Counted from the first letter of the whole stretch, positions 10,245 through 22,071 are shown. The stretch is 63,948 nt of DNA, filler included, from Chrysochromulina tobinii (GCA_001275005.1; 5 parts of 5 records of this genome joined end to end with filler, not necessarily neighbours in it); one strand, 5' to 3'. The notes: a model not told the origin generated them from the letters alone. A program made the numbers and translations.

Positions 10245-12920
10245 CTAGGGGACCACGGCGTTGGGTCGCGTGACCGCATCAATCGGTGAGCGCTTCTCCG
10301 CCGCCGAGGCCGCATCGTACGCGAGCTTCGCGGCCTCCTCTTCTTCGATACCTCCTCCATCCTTCGCCACATGCCGCTGCGTCTTGCCCTTGGCGTTGCG
10401 CACCAGCACGTCGCCACTCTTAGCATCCACATCGAGTTCCATAGTCTCGCCCTCGCCCACGAAGCCGCCCAAGACCGCCTCGGCCACAGCGTCTTCACAG
10501 AAGCGCTGCACAGCTCGACGCAGGGGGCGCGCTCCAAAGGTGCTCGAGAAGCCGCCTCTCACGACGAGCTGACGGAGCGCCGGTGTCCACTTGACGCCAT
10601 AGCCCTCCTCCTCGCACCGGTCCGTGAGGTCCTTGAGCATCAGCCCAGCGACCGTCTCGACCTCTGACGGCTTGAGTGCCTCGAAGACAATCACCTCATC
10701 GAGGCGGTTGAGGAACTCGGGGCGGAAGGCGGTGCCCAGCTCGGCCTTGACAGCGGCGCGCATCTTCGAGTACGCCTCGGCTGGATCACCGCCTGGGCTG
10801 TTGCTAGTCGCCATCTGGAGGATCTTGCGCGAGCCCACGTTCGAGGTGAGGACGAGCATCGCATTCGAAAAGTCGACGACACGTCCCTTGTTGTCGGTGA
10901 GCCGGCCGTCCTCGAGCACCTGGAGGAGGATGTTGAACACGTCCGGATGCGCCTTCTCGACCTCGTCCATGAGCACCACCGTGTGGGGCGTCCTCCGCAC
11001 CGCCTCGGTGAGCTGGCCGCCCGCCTCGTAGCCCACGTAGCCGGGTGGCGGACCAGTGAGCCGCGAGACCGAATGGGCCTCCATGTACTCACTCATGTCG
11101 AGACGCACCATTGCCTTCTCCTGACCGTAGTAGAGCTCGGCGACCGCCTTGGCGAGCTCCGTCTTGCCCACGCCCGTGGGTCCGCAGAAGATCATCGATG
11201 CGACCGGGCGCCGTGGCGAGCGCAAGCCGACGCGCGCCCGGCGGAGCGCACGTGAGATGGCCGAGACGGCGCCGCTCTGCCCGACGACACGCTCGTGCAG
11301 CGAGCTCTCGAAATCGAGCATCGAGGCGGCCTCGTCCTCAGTGAGCTTGCTGAGCGGGATGCCCGTCCAAGACGAGACGACCTTGGCGACATGCGACTTG
11401 TCGACTACGGGCAGCGCCTCCTTGCTGCTGCCCTTTTTAGGCGTCTTCTCGGGCACGTCACCTCCCTGGCCGAGGTCAAAGTTCTCGATCTGCAGGATCG
11501 CTCCAGCCTCGTCCATCAGGTCGATGGCCTTGTCGGGCAGGAAGCGGTCGGGCAGGTAACGCTCCGAGAGCTTGGCCGCCGCCTCGAGCGCCTCGGGCTC
11601 ATATGTGACGTTGTGGTGCGCCGCGTACTTTTTGGAGAGCGTGGTTAGGATCTGCACTGTCTCCGGGATGGTCGGCTCCGGCACCGAGACCGGTTGGAAG
11701 CGACGCTCGAGGGCGGCGTCCTTCTCAATGTAGCGCCGGTACTCAGTGACGGTGGTGGCGCCAATGCACTGGAGCTCGCCGCGCGCGAGCGCCGGCTTGA
11801 GCAGATTGGCCGCATCAATGGCGCCCTCTGCCGCGCCCGCGCCGACGAGTGTGTGCAGCTCGTCAATGAAGAGGATGGTATCATCGCTCTTGGTCACCTC
11901 GTCGATGACCTCCCGCAGCCGCTGCTCGAATTCGCCGCGGTACTTGGTGTTCGCCACGAGCAAGCCCAGCTCGAGCGAGACCACGCGCATATTCTTGAGG
12001 CTCGGCGGTACGCGGCCGTCGACGATGCACTGGGCGATCCCCTCGGCGATCGCCGTCTTGCCCACGCCGGGGTCGCCGATGAGCACCGGATTGTTCTTGC
12101 GCCGGCGCACGAGGATCTGCATGCATCGGCGTACCTCGTTCTCGCGCCCCACAAGCGGGTCGAGCTCGCCTTTACGCGCCTTCTCGGTCAGGTCGACGGA
12201 GCACTGCGAGAGCGTCGTATTCGCTCGCTTCTTGTCACTGCCCGCGCCGACGAGCTCGCGCTCGCCCTTCAGCACCGCCGTGTACGCCTGCTCGCGGGTC
12301 ACATCGAGCTCTTGGAGCGTGCGCACCGCTTCCGTGTCCGTCTGCTCGTCCCGTAGCACCGAGAGCATTAGCTCGCGCCAGCTCACGAGCTCGTTGCGGC
12401 TCAGGGCGCCGTCTACCTTGGACTGCGCGACGCTCGCCTTGAGCGCGCGCTCGGTGTCGCGCGCAAAGGGCAGCAGCTCGTCCTTCGAGCCTGCGGCGAA
12501 CAGGCGGTCGATGGACGGCATGTTCCCACCCTTGCCTCCGCGCAGCTTGGTGCGCACCTTCTCAGACGAGATGCCGATGCGGTCCAAGGCCGCCTGCACA
12601 TCGTCCTTCTGCAGCGTCGCCGCGAGCAGCAGGTGCTGTGTCCCGACCGCGCCCGCTCCGAGGCCGCGCGCCTCGCTCTGCGCGTCCATGAGGATGCGGA
12701 AGACGCTGCGATCAAAGGGGTCGAAGGAGAAGGCCTCCATCCGTGCAGAGCGCACCCGGCTGCGGCCACTTACCAGGATGCCCGGCGCGAACGTGGCGGC
12801 TGCGCGGATCGGCGCGTGCACTGGCGCACGTGGCGCCGACACTGCGCCGGCGCCGACGGCGAGTGAAGCAGATGGCGTGGGCAGCGCTAATAGCAGCGCA
12901 AACGCTGATGTCGCACGCAT
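10245..12920 (-). CDS. Clp/Hsp100 class I AAA+ chaperone (ClpC/ClpD-like) with a bipartite plastid-targeting presequence
   Basis: Clp-N domain, NBD1 ([23 protein letters not shown]) and NBD2 ([29 protein letters not shown]). ATG at 12920 begins a signal peptide [20 protein letters not shown] followed by an Ala/Arg-rich transit-like segment. Confidence 0.92.
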   Translation of the reverse strand: MRATSAFALLLALPTPSASLAVGAGAVSAPRAPVHAPIRAAATFAPGILVSGRSRVRSARMEAFSFDPFDRSVFRILMDAQSEARGLGAGAVGTQHLLLAATLQKDDVQAALDRIGISSEKVRTKLRGGKGGNMPSIDRLFAAGSKDELLPFARDTERALKASVAQSKVDGALSRNELVSWRELMLSVLRDEQTDTEAVRTLQELDVTREQAYTAVLKGERELVGAGSDKKRANTTLSQCSVDLTEKARKGELDPLVGRENEVRRCMQILVRRRKNNPVLIGDPGVGKTAIAEGIAQCIVDGRVPPSLKNMRVVSLELGLLVANTKYRGEFEQRLREVIDEVTKSDDTILFIDELHTLVGAGAAEGAIDAANLLKPALARGELQCIGATTVTEYRRYIEKDAALERRFQPVSVPEPTIPETVQILTTLSKKYAAHHNVTYEPEALEAAAKLSERYLPDRFLPDKAIDLMDEAGAILQIENFDLGQGGDVPEKTPKKGSSKEALPVVDKSHVAKVVSSWTGIPLSKLTEDEAASMLDFESSLHERVVGQSGAVSAISRALRRARVGLRSPRRPVASMIFCGPTGVGKTELAKAVAELYYGQEKAMVRLDMSEYMEAHSVSRLTGPPPGYVGYEAGGQLTEAVRRTPHTVVLMDEVEKAHPDVFNILLQVLEDGRLTDNKGRVVDFSNAMLVLTSNVGSRKILQMATSNSPGGDPAEAYSKMRAAVKAELGTAFRPEFLNRLDEVIVFEALKPSEVETVAGLMLKDLTDRCEEEGYGVKWTPALRQLVVRGGFSSTFGARPLRRAVQRFCEDAVAEAVLGGFVGEGETMELDVDAKSGDVLVRNAKGKTQRHVAKDGGGIEEEEAAKLAYDAASAAEKRSPIDAVTRPNAVVP

Positions 12921-13032
12921 GGCCGACTCCACCGTGACGGCGGCCTCGCGAGAGAAAGATCTGGGAAGATGTGGTAACAATCTCAGAACTTCTTCGCTTG
13001 ATTGCTGTTACTACAAAGTCATGCTGAATCGA

Positions 13033-14802
13033 TTACGGTGATTCCTCTGCAAGCAGCTCAAGCTCCGCGGCATCGTCCTCACCCACCGGCAACAGGGACT
13101 CGTCCTCGAGGATGCGCGCAACCAGCGTCAGCAGGGATGGCCGGTGCAGCAGATGGCCGGTACGCATGAGCACCTCCTGCAGGGCAATGGTGTGCGACTG
13201 CGGAACGCGCTCGGGCGCGGGCTCCGCGGCGCCCGCCCGGCGCCGCCTCGAGAACGAGCGCGGCAGCGGCATCGGGAGCGCGTCGTGGCTCACGCTGTCA
13301 TAATCGGCTAAGATCCTCGCCGGAAGACAGGCGGCGCCGGCAGGGTAGCCACCCTTGCGTGGAGGCGACGGCTTGGGCGCTGCCGACGCGACATGCCCAG
13401 GCCGTGAGGCGAGCTTCGGCGTCGACGGCGGTCGAGGCGTCTTGAGTTCCGTCAGACTCGTCTTGAGTTCCGTCAGACCCGTCTTGAGATCCGTCGCCTC
13501 ATCGTGGCCGTCGGCATCGCTGCCACCCTCTGTGAACACCGGCATGGGGCGCGGGGTAAACTTGGAGCCGCTGTCTCGGTGCTTCAGTGGCGGGCGGCGG
13601 CTACGCGGTGCAGACTCTTTCTGGATCCTCTGGAGCATTGCCAGCTTCTCGCGCTCCAGCTTCTCAATGTTACGACGCACCACGCTCGGCGAATGCTCGC
13701 GTGGAGGCGGGATGGCGCGCAACAACGCATCCTCCATCGAATGTTCAATCGCCGCTGCAACGCTCAGCTGACAGGCCACGGGGTCCGCGTCCGCTCCCAG
13801 GGCGGCACGTAGCGACTGCAGATGCGCCTCCCTCTCGGCAGCAATGCGCTGCGCCTCCCAGGCACGCGCGCGGGCTTGCGCAGAGCTCAGGCCTCGTGCT
13901 AACCGCGCGGCCATGTGCAAGCTCATCTTTTTCTTCTTGAAGAGACCAACGAGGCCACCGAGGCCGGCGCCGGCGCCGGCGGCTGGCACAGTGGCGACGC
14001 CGCTGCCGGCGCCGCTGGCAGGCGCGCCTCCTTCAGCGGGACCTTTGGCGTCAGCGGGCACAGGCGCGGCTGCCGGCCCCTCGCCTGCGCATGCAATCGG
14101 CTCGGGCTGCCTCCATTTGGAGTCGCTACCGGTACCTCCAGCGGTGAGCCATGGCTGCTTGAGGCGCACAAGCGGAACGGCAAGGTGCGCACGCGGTTCG
14201 CTGCCAGCCGAAGGGGCCTGGTAAGAGTACCGCCGCCGAGCCGATGCCCGAGGTGTCGACGCGCCTGGCTGCGTTAAACGCTGCGCCTGCTCGATGCGAG
14301 CAGCAAGGCCCGGTGGCGGCGCAAGAGCCGGGTACGCAGCGTTCGTCATGCTCCAGCCCGTCCATGCCGCTGTCGCCGGCTGCCACAAGGCACTGGCTTC
14401 GCGTGGAGACGCCGCTCGGCTCGCATCAGACTGTGCGACCGCAGTCAGATGCGTCTTCAACGGGAATCTGTCGAGCCGGTCACGTGCAGTCTGCGGCCGC
14501 TCTGTGGCGGACGGCAGCCATGGCTTGGGGTAGCTGTCTGGGCGAGCCGATTGCGGCCGTGTGATAGCGATGTAGTGTGAGTCTGGGCGATGGTGATGCT
14601 TGGGCGGCGGGCAGAATGATGTCCGCCGAGTTGGCGGGTAGGGCACAGGCAAGTCGGGCTCCATCTGATACTGGAGTGGTATGTCTGGCTCCACAGCTAA
14701 ATCGATTGCGCTCGTGGCACCAGGGGTTGGCTGCGGCAGCTCAGCTGTGACTAGCCCTTGGAGCCCCGCGACCAAGTCCATGCTGTTGAACCCTTGAATC
14801 AT
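13033..14802 (-). CDS. Hypothetical Pro/Ala-rich protein
   Basis: Long ORF with a short coiled-coil segment and a 21-bp coding repeat (LTELKTS). No recognisable domain, and the start is uncertain. Confidence 0.5.
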   Translation of the reverse strand: MIQGFNSMDLVAGLQGLVTAELPQPTPGATSAIDLAVEPDIPLQYQMEPDLPVPYPPTRRTSFCPPPKHHHRPDSHYIAITRPQSARPDSYPKPWLPSATERPQTARDRLDRFPLKTHLTAVAQSDASRAASPREASALWQPATAAWTGWSMTNAAYPALAPPPGLAARIEQAQRLTQPGASTPRASARRRYSYQAPSAGSEPRAHLAVPLVRLKQPWLTAGGTGSDSKWRQPEPIACAGEGPAAAPVPADAKGPAEGGAPASGAGSGVATVPAAGAGAGLGGLVGLFKKKKMSLHMAARLARGLSSAQARARAWEAQRIAAEREAHLQSLRAALGADADPVACQLSVAAAIEHSMEDALLRAIPPPREHSPSVVRRNIEKLEREKLAMLQRIQKESAPRSRRPPLKHRDSGSKFTPRPMPVFTEGGSDADGHDEATDLKTGLTELKTSLTELKTPRPPSTPKLASRPGHVASAAPKPSPPRKGGYPAGAACLPARILADYDSVSHDALPMPLPRSFSRRRRAGAAEPAPERVPQSHTIALQEVLMRTGHLLHRPSLLTLVARILEDESLLPVGEDDAAELELLAEESP

Positions 14803-15044
14803 TCTGTTGTGGAGCCGTCGCCGGGACCCAACGAGCAAAACAGAACGGAAGTGTCGTCCACGAGCACGATTCCGCAACGAACTGCGAGAAAACCGAAACA
14901 GCGAGTCCTCGTCGTGCATGAGTGCCGTTGGGCTGGTTCCTTCCACCTTGGGATGTCGAACTCACCAGGAATACCATATTTGTGACTTTGTTCACACAGC
15001 TCAAACCCTCTTCGACCTCTTCACGCGGCGACGTGCCGGACGTA

Positions 15045-15980
15045 ATGGGGCGTGAGCGCGAGAAGCACAAGATTCTGGTCGTGGGTCTGCCGCCCGGCTC
15101 CACGTCGGCCGACTTACAGAAGCTCGTGAAACCATATGGCAATCCGCTCAACGCATCTATGGCCGTTGATGCCGACGGCCGCGAGCGGGGCTTTGGCTTT
15201 GTGCAGTTTGCAGATGCGGTGACACAGCAGGCGGCCATCGCCGCGCTCGACAAGATGGCGCTCGCCGGCCGCACCCTCAACGTGCGAGCCGTGGAGGATC
15301 GCGCGCCCGCTGATCGCGGCGGCACTCACAGCGCAGCCGCAGCAATGCCGCACTCAGGCGCCAAGGGCCGACCTTGCTACGACTTTGGGCGCACTGGCAA
15401 GTGCGCACGCGGCGCCGCCTGCAAGTGGGCGCACATTGCGCCACCCAAGGACGGCGAAAGTTCTCGGCGGCCGGAGTGGCAGAAGAAGCGTCCGCTCGCC
15501 GGTGATGACGTGCCGGCCTCCGACGTGCTGAGCGAGATCCCGGACGACGTCTGCCGCAAGTACCAGTTAGGCAGCTGCCATCGGGGGGCCGCGTGCCGCT
15601 GGAAGCACATCATCTGGAAGGGCGCGAGTGGCGCTGGTGCGAGCAGCAGCAGCAGTGGTGCAGATGCCTCGTCGACAGCCGAGGGCGTGGCCAGCAAGCG
15701 CGCCAAGACGGCGTCAACGAGTGCTCCGCTCAGCGCCGCGGCTGCCCCACGGCCCGTACCCATCGGCGGCGTGGGACAAGAATTGAGCGCGATGAGCGCG
15801 GCGGAGCTTGCCGAGGAGCTGCATGAGCGGCTGGAGCGGCGTGAGGCCGATTGGCGGGCCGCCCACGCGGAGTACCCCAGCGACGAGCCGGTGCCCGACG
15901 AGGTGAAGCTGCGCGACGTAGTGTGGCGCTCACTCGAGCGCAGATTGGAGAGGGCCCAAAAGGACGCTGAAGCCGAGTGA
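15045..15980 (+). CDS. RRM plus two CCCH zinc-finger RNA-binding protein
   Basis: RNP2 ILVVGL and RNP1 RGFGFVQF. Zinc fingers CYDFGRTGKCARGAACKWAH and CRKYQLGSCHRGAACRWKH. Confidence 0.9.
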   Translation: MGREREKHKILVVGLPPGSTSADLQKLVKPYGNPLNASMAVDADGRERGFGFVQFADAVTQQAAIAALDKMALAGRTLNVRAVEDRAPADRGGTHSAAAAMPHSGAKGRPCYDFGRTGKCARGAACKWAHIAPPKDGESSRRPEWQKKRPLAGDDVPASDVLSEIPDDVCRKYQLGSCHRGAACRWKHIIWKGASGAGASSSSSGADASSTAEGVASKRAKTASTSAPLSAAAAPRPVPIGGVGQELSAMSAAELAEELHERLERREADWRAAHAEYPSDEPVPDEVKLRDVVWRSLERRLERAQKDAEAE

Positions 15981-16459
15981 CAGCCCGGCCGAGGGAAGGA
16001 CATACGCTGACGCGTGGTCACGCCGAGGCTTGGGGCCGGCATGGCGTTCAGGTTGTACTAGAACGAGGATCAGTTGAAACGGCGGGCCGCGGGGTAGCAG
16101 AGGCCGACAGCCGAGCCGAGCGGACGGGCGCGCGCGGGCGGCAAATATCAAAGGCTCTGGGTACGTGGTTGCCTAGTTTGTTGTTTGCGGCGTTAACACG
16201 ATCGTCGTTCACACACGAACCGAACAGCGCTCGGTACCGCGCAGCCGAGCTGGAGAGCTGAGCTTAAGAGGCCAAAAAGTAAATAAATGTAATAGTAGGC
16301 GTAGAGGTGGCAGCGAAGCACCAGGTCGCGCGGAACGAGTCCTGAGAGCGTTGCTGCGATGACGGGGGTATACCAGACAAGGATGTTGAAAGCGTTCGGC
16401 TTGCGGGTGCCGACACGCGTGGCTCCAACCCGCCGGTGATGCGCGGTCTGCCCCGGCCG

Positions 16460-16559
16460 NNNNNNNNNNNNNNNNNNNNNNNNNNNNNNNNNNNNNNNNN
16501 NNNTTAATTAATTAANNNNNNNNNNNNNNNNNNNNNNNNNNNNNNNNNNNNNNNNNNNN
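16460..16559. other. Artificial contig-join linker (44 N + TTAATTAATTAA + 44 N)
   Basis: The same 100-nt spacer, with stops in all six frames, occurs four times in the window. Confidence 0.97.
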
Positions 16560-17079
16560 AAATGGAGAGATGGTTGGAGGCAGCGCCGTCCTCCGACGCG
16601 CCTGGATGGAGCCGGCCGCAGCGGGGCGGAGGACGCGCGCATCGCGCTTTGGCAAAAAAAGGTAGGAGGACGCACGAATTAAAGGGGGTCCGAGCCAGTA
16701 CCCTGAAAGGCTGCTGCGCTCGCCTTTTTCAGGGTCCCCAGGATATTCTGACACGTTCTCTGAATACTGAAATTCACCCACAGTCTGATCTCTGAAAGAC
16801 TGAAAGTTGACGAATTTAGAAACAAATCGAATGCCGTAGTACCGGTGTGAGGCGGTTTATGTGGCCGTACCGTCTGCGTCTGAGCGTCTCACGATAATTA
16901 TCCGTGAGTGTACGGTGATGTGCATACGCCCCCGGCCCCGCCCGGCCTCCACACCGTCAATACCGTTGACCTCAGTGAAATCACCCGATCTCGCTAGGGC
17001 TTGGTGACAGTGCATGCCATGCTTCATGCACCGTGTGGTTCACTGGCCGTCCTGTGTCGCGGAATGGGCCGCCCCCCTC

Positions 17080-20000
17080 CTAAGGCCGCGCTCTGGGCCG
17101 GCTCTGCGGCCTCACACCGCCCGTAGGTTTCGGAGCGGTAGGGGCGGCGCGTATCGACGGCGGCGGCGTCCCCTCTTGAACCTTGGACGGCGGCGCTTTG
17201 GGTGGCTTGGAGGCGGGAGAAGGCCCAGCGGGTGCCGGCCCCGTGTTCCCGTAGCCACCGCTCGCGCGCAGCACACGCACTTCGGCCTCGAGACGGTTGA
17301 CCTCATCAGCGAGTGCCTGGTCCGCATCCTGCGCCATGGCCTTGCGCAGCTGGTCCGCGCGTGCCTTGTCCACCTCCATCGCCTGGATCTCGCGCTTGAG
17401 CTGCTGCAGCTCGGCCGCCACGCGCGCGCTCTCCTCGGCCGCCACGCGCTTCGCCTCGTTAGCCACATGGCGGCGCGCGGCCTCTTCCAAGTCATCGCGC
17501 AGCGCGGCGAGCTCTGCCTCAGTACGCTTATTGAGCTCCTCGACGAAGCGCGTTCGTTCCTCCTCGTGCTGAAGACGCTGCTCGCCGAGCGCCAATCGGG
17601 CCTTCTGCTCCGCCGCCGCGATCGCCTGCGTGAGCGCAGCGCGCCCCTCGGCGGTCGCCTCGTCCTTCTCGAGCTCAAGCTGCTCGACCTCGCGCTGTTG
17701 ACGCATGAGCAGCTCACCGACCTCGACCTGGTGCACATCGTGCATCTCCTTGAGCCCCTCCTCGAGGGCCTGGCGCACGAGGTCGGGCAGCGGCAGGTGC
17801 GCCCAGCCACGCGTGCGCTCCTCGGCCAGCGTGCGCGTCTCGGTCGCCAGCTCGGCCACACGCGCCTCGTGCTCCGCCGAGAGCTCTGTACGCCGCTGCT
17901 CGGCACGGGCACGCTCGGCTCCAAGCACCTCCTCGGACAGCTTCGCCTGCCGTCGCAGCTGCGCGCCGTACTCGTCGCGCAGCCAACCGAGGGCCGCCGC
18001 GTGCTCCGCCGCCACTGTGGCGAGCTCATTCTCACGCCGCACGTGCAGCGCCTTGACCGCTTCACCCAGGGCGGCCGCTGAGTGCCGGTGGCGTGCGGTC
18101 GCCTCGGCACGTACCTCCTCGAGCCGCGAGCGCATCGCCTGCTTCTCCGCCTGCGCCTGCGCCTGCACCGCCTGGAGGGCCGCCTGGTGGATCTGGCGCT
18201 GCGCCCCCAGGAGCATCTCGTGCTGGCCGTGCAGCTCCTTGCTCGCCTCCTCCGCGAGCGCCTGGAGCGCCGTCATCACAGCCTGCTCCGCCGCCTCCTG
18301 CGCCCTCGCGAGCTCGGCGCGCGCCTCGTCGCACCCCTTGGCCGCCTCACCCAGCGCCTCGCGCGTCGACGTCTGCAGCGCGACGCGCTCGGTGACCAGC
18401 TTGGCGAGCTGTGACTCATACTCAGCGAGCCGCGAGCCGAGCTGCTCGTCTTTCTGGCCAAGCGCCGCACTCAGCGCCGCCTCGTGCTCGGCTGCGAGCG
18501 TCGCGCCATGGGCGGCGGCCTCCCGCAGTACCCGCTCGTGCTCCACCTTGGCCTGCTCGAAGGCGAGCTCGCGCACCTCGCGGCACACTTCCTCGTGGTG
18601 CTTGCGCGCCTGGCCCTCGCGCGTCGCCCACTGCTCGCGCACCTGTACGAGCAGCTGACGCATCTCGCTTGTATGCTGCTCGAGCCGGCGCAAATCCGCC
18701 TGGTTCACACGCGCGCGGTGCTGCTGGTCCTCAGCGAGTCGCTGTGACGACTCGAGTCGTTCGCGCTCCGCCACGTCTTTGGCGGCCTGTAGCTCGCGGC
18801 TCGCCTCGAGCGCCATGGCCTCGAGTGCGCCGGCCTGCTCCTGCTGCAGCCGGCCGACGGCGCGGTCGACGGACGCCTGCTCGAGTGCGATCGTCTCGCG
18901 GTGCTGCTCCTTGAGGTGCGCAAGCGACTGCTCGAGGTGTGCCGAGAGCTCCTGCACCGCGCGGTCGCGCACCATCTCGAGCCCGGCGAGCTGCTCGCGG
19001 TACCAGCTATGCTGCTCCTCCAGCTCAGCCGCATGCTTCGACGCGAGCTCGGCCGCGAGCTCATCGAGCGAGCGTTGGTGCGCCTGCCGCTCGCTCGTGA
19101 GCGCCTCGGCAAGCTGGCCAATCTGCGACTCGGCCAGGTCGATGGCGGCGCGATGCTGGTCCTCGAGCAGCGCAACCGCCTGCGCGCGCTCCGCGGCCGC
19201 CGCACGCGCCGCCATATCCGCCTGGGTCTGCCATCGCCGTCGCTCCTCTTCGAGCTGTAGCGACATCTCCTGCGTGAGCTTGGCGATCGACTGGCGCAGC
19301 AGCCGCTCGTGCCGGTGGGACGCGCCGTTGAGCTCCTCAATGGACGAGTTCCGCACGGCCTCCTCGAGATCGCGCAGCCTTAGGCTCGTCTCTTCCACTT
19401 GCTTGAGCGACGCTTCTTCGAGGGCCGTTACCTTGGCGACCTCGGCCGCCAGCCGGTCCGCGTGCGCCGCCTCCGCCGCCTCCGCCGCCGCCGTCGCCGC
19501 CGCCGACTGCCGCTGCAGCACGTCCATCCAGTGCGTGTTGCACTGCTCGACGGCCGCCTCTCGCTCGCCCTTGGCGCGCTGGATCGAGATAGCGAGCGCC
19601 GTCGCCTGACGCGCAGCCTCGCTTTCTCGCTCCGCTTGCGCTCGAGTCGCTTGCCCGTCGAGCCGCTCAATGAGCTCAGACTCGCGCGCCTGCGCGTTCG
19701 CGTCGAGCTGCTTGAGCGCCCGCTCTGATTCTTCTCGCTGCTCACGGAGCGCGCGCTCGTACCTGTGGGGAAGTGAGGGCGCCGTGGTGAGCGCTTGCAT
19801 GCAGGGTCGCGGGGTCGCTCGCTGCTCACGGAGCGCGCGCTCGTACCGATCGCGCAGCTTGTCCGCTTCCCCGGAGTGGAGTTCCGCCTGGGCCGCGAGC
19901 TTGGCCTGCATCGCCGTGAGCAGGGACGCGGCGGCACGCTCGTGCTCGTACGCCGCCGCTTCAAGACGCTCCTGAAGCGCGGGCAGCGCGCCGTCCTCCT

Positions 20001-22071
20001 TCCGCTGCTCATCCGCAAAGGCTGCGAGCGTCGACTCCCGTAGCTCAGCGACGGCGCCCTCGTACTCACTCACCTTCGCAAGCAACTCCGCCTCGCGTTG
20101 CTTCAAATGATCGCGCTCCGCCTCCATCAGATTCTGTCGGAGCGCGGAGAGCTCCTGCTGGTGCTGCCGCTTCGTCTGGAGCAGCTGTGCCTCGTACTCA
20201 TGCTTGGACGCCTCGGCCGCCGCCGCACGCTCCTCGATGAGCGCGAGCAACTCAGCCTTGAGCCGATCGATTGAGTCATTATACGCGGCACGCAGGTGCG
20301 TCAGCTCTTCCTTATGCGCGGCGGAGTGCTGCAGCTCGCGCTGCGCCAGCTCGGCCTGGAGCTCGGCCATCTCAGCGACGCGTGCCTTTTCGAGCGTCTC
20401 GCCACGCTCCTCGAGTCGCGCGCCCATCGCCTTGAGCGCCACCTGCTGCTCTTGCGAACGCTTCTTGATCGCCTCCTTGACGTAAGCGACCTCCTTCTCG
20501 TGCCGCTCGGCCGCCTCATTGGCGGTCCGTTCGGCGAGGGCCTGCTGGCGCTTGGCCTCTGCCTCTGCCGTCGAGTCGCCCTCGCGCGCCTCCGCCAGCT
20601 GCTTGCGCAGCTGGCGGAGCTGCGATTCGTGCTCGGAGAGTGCCGCCTTGAGCTCCTCACGCGCCGAGCGCTGCGCCTCAATCGTCGACTGCTCATAGTC
20701 CGCAATCGTCTGCGTCATCGAGCTTTTCATGTCCGCGAGCTGCTGCACGTGCACCGCCTTGAGCTCGCCGATCTGCGCCTGCACGAGGCGTGTGCGGCTG
20801 CCCAACTCATGCTCCATGCTCGCATGCTCCCGACCCAGCTGCTCGGCGAGCTGTGCCTGCATCGCAGCGAGAGCCGCCGCGTGTTGTGACTGCAACGCCT
20901 GGAGCTCGGTGCGGCAGTTCTGCTCGACGGCCTCGATGACGTGCTCGGCGTTCTCGAAGGCGACGCGCCGCGTCTCCTCGCGCTCGGCCGCCATCGCCTC
21001 GCGCTCCGCCGCCATCTCCGCCTGCAGCGACCCAATCGCCTCCTCCTTGAGGGCAGCCGCCTCGGCAGCTTGCGCCGCGAGGTCATCCTTGAAGGCGGCG
21101 AGCGAGGCGTTGTGCATCGCGACGACCGCCTCGCACGCTTGGCGCTTCTCCTCCTTGAGCGCCGCGAGCAGCGTCGCTGAATCCTCCTGCGCCTTCTTGA
21201 GCCGGGCTTCTTCTCGATCCTTGGCCGCCGCCTGCGCTGCCGATCCAAAGGGGCCGTTACGACGCTTCTCCGATTGGAAGAAAACGGCGCGCTCCTCCTC
21301 CTCGCGCATCGCGATCGAGAGCACCTTGAGCTGCGTCCTGAGCGCGCTCAGGTCGGCAGATTCGCTCACGCGCGCGCGCTCCGCCTCCGCCGCCATCGTC
21401 TCGGCGTGGCTGAGCAGGCCCATCGCCGCGCGCACGTCGATGTATGAAAGCCGCACGCGCAGCGTGCCGCTGGTGGCCGCGGCCATGGCACTCATGCCCG
21501 CAACGCCCGACCGTTCGAGCGTGAGCGTCCGCTCCTCCTCGCGCATGCACAGCCGCTGCAGCTCCGACGTTGGCAAACGGGCCACACCCAAATGCGTCGG
21601 AGGCGACGCCGCCTCGTCCCACACGTCAAAGCGCAGCGACGCGCCCGACGTCAGCAGGTCGCCCGACTCGCCGGGTAGGTCGGTGACGAACTCGGCGTTC
21701 CACACGGGCGATGTGTCCTTGACCGTCGTGAAGTGGTTCGGCGGGCCCGTGCGCGCGTGCAGGGCGCTGCCGAAGGGCGCGTCGCGGTTGTCCACCAGCT
21801 GAACCTCCGCCGAGCAGCTGCGGCGCGTGCCGTTGCTCTCGGCCAGGTCACGCGCACCGATGACCTTGACGAGCAGCCGGCGCAGACCGAGCACCTGCTC
21901 CGCCTCCGGAGCGTTGAACGCGTGATTGTCACGAGGCTTAAGCCCGTCACGTCGCTCGCCTCCCCCCTTGGTCGCAGGCACGGTCGCCGCGGTTGCGCCG
22001 CCGACGGAGACGTTCTGGCGGCCGCGGGCATTGGTATTGGTGGGCTCCGGGGTTCCGAAGAGGTTGAGCAT
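17080..22071 (-). CDS. C2-domain protein with a very long coiled coil; probable in-frame intron at 19763-19846
   Basis: N-terminal C2 domain (LLVKVIGARDL...TSPVWNAEF...LRFDVWDE...LGVARL), then ~1400 aa of A/E/Q/R heptads. An 84-nt GT-AG segment interrupts the coil. Confidence 0.85.
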   Translation of the reverse strand: MLNLFGTPEPTNTNARGRQNVSVGGATAATVPATKGGGERRDGLKPRDNHAFNAPEAEQVLGLRRLLVKVIGARDLAESNGTRRSCSAEVQLVDNRDAPFGSALHARTGPPNHFTTVKDTSPVWNAEFVTDLPGESGDLLTSGASLRFDVWDEAASPPTHLGVARLPTSELQRLCMREEERTLTLERSGVAGMSAMAAATSGTLRVRLSYIDVRAAMGLLSHAETMAAEAERARVSESADLSALRTQLKVLSIAMREEEERAVFFQSEKRRNGPFGSAAQAAAKDREEARLKKAQEDSATLLAALKEEKRQACEAVVAMHNASLAAFKDDLAAQAAEAAALKEEAIGSLQAEMAAEREAMAAEREETRRVAFENAEHVIEAVEQNCRTELQALQSQHAAALAAMQAQLAEQLGREHASMEHELGSRTRLVQAQIGELKAVHVQQLADMKSSMTQTIADYEQSTIEAQRSAREELKAALSEHESQLRQLRKQLAEAREGDSTAEAEAKRQQALAERTANEAAERHEKEVAYVKEAIKKRSQEQQVALKAMGARLEERGETLEKARVAEMAELQAELAQRELQHSAAHKEELTHLRAAYNDSIDRLKAELLALIEERAAAAEASKHEYEAQLLQTKRQHQQELSALRQNLMEAERDHLKQREAELLAKVSEYEGAVAELRESTLAAFADEQRKEDGALPALQERLEAAAYEHERAAASLLTAMQAKLAAQAELHSGEADKLRDRYERALREQRATPRPCMQALTTAPSLPHRYERALREQREESERALKQLDANAQARESELIERLDGQATRAQAERESEAARQATALAISIQRAKGEREAAVEQCNTHWMDVLQRQSAAATAAAEAAEAAHADRLAAEVAKVTALEEASLKQVEETSLRLRDLEEAVRNSSIEELNGASHRHERLLRQSIAKLTQEMSLQLEEERRRWQTQADMAARAAAAERAQAVALLEDQHRAAIDLAESQIGQLAEALTSERQAHQRSLDELAAELASKHAAELEEQHSWYREQLAGLEMVRDRAVQELSAHLEQSLAHLKEQHRETIALEQASVDRAVGRLQQEQAGALEAMALEASRELQAAKDVAERERLESSQRLAEDQQHRARVNQADLRRLEQHTSEMRQLLVQVREQWATREGQARKHHEEVCREVRELAFEQAKVEHERVLREAAAHGATLAAEHEAALSAALGQKDEQLGSRLAEYESQLAKLVTERVALQTSTREALGEAAKGCDEARAELARAQEAAEQAVMTALQALAEEASKELHGQHEMLLGAQRQIHQAALQAVQAQAQAEKQAMRSRLEEVRAEATARHRHSAAALGEAVKALHVRRENELATVAAEHAAALGWLRDEYGAQLRRQAKLSEEVLGAERARAEQRRTELSAEHEARVAELATETRTLAEERTRGWAHLPLPDLVRQALEEGLKEMHDVHQVEVGELLMRQQREVEQLELEKDEATAEGRAALTQAIAAAEQKARLALGEQRLQHEEERTRFVEELNKRTEAELAALRDDLEEAARRHVANEAKRVAAEESARVAAELQQLKREIQAMEVDKARADQLRKAMAQDADQALADEVNRLEAEVRVLRASGGYGNTGPAPAGPSPASKPPKAPPSKVQEGTPPPSIRAAPTAPKPTGGVRPQSRPRARP

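Noticed and set aside
16460..16559. Palindromic TTAATTAATTAA within N-runs (four times)
   Set aside because: It is an artificial scaffolding linker with stops in all six frames and has no biological meaning.
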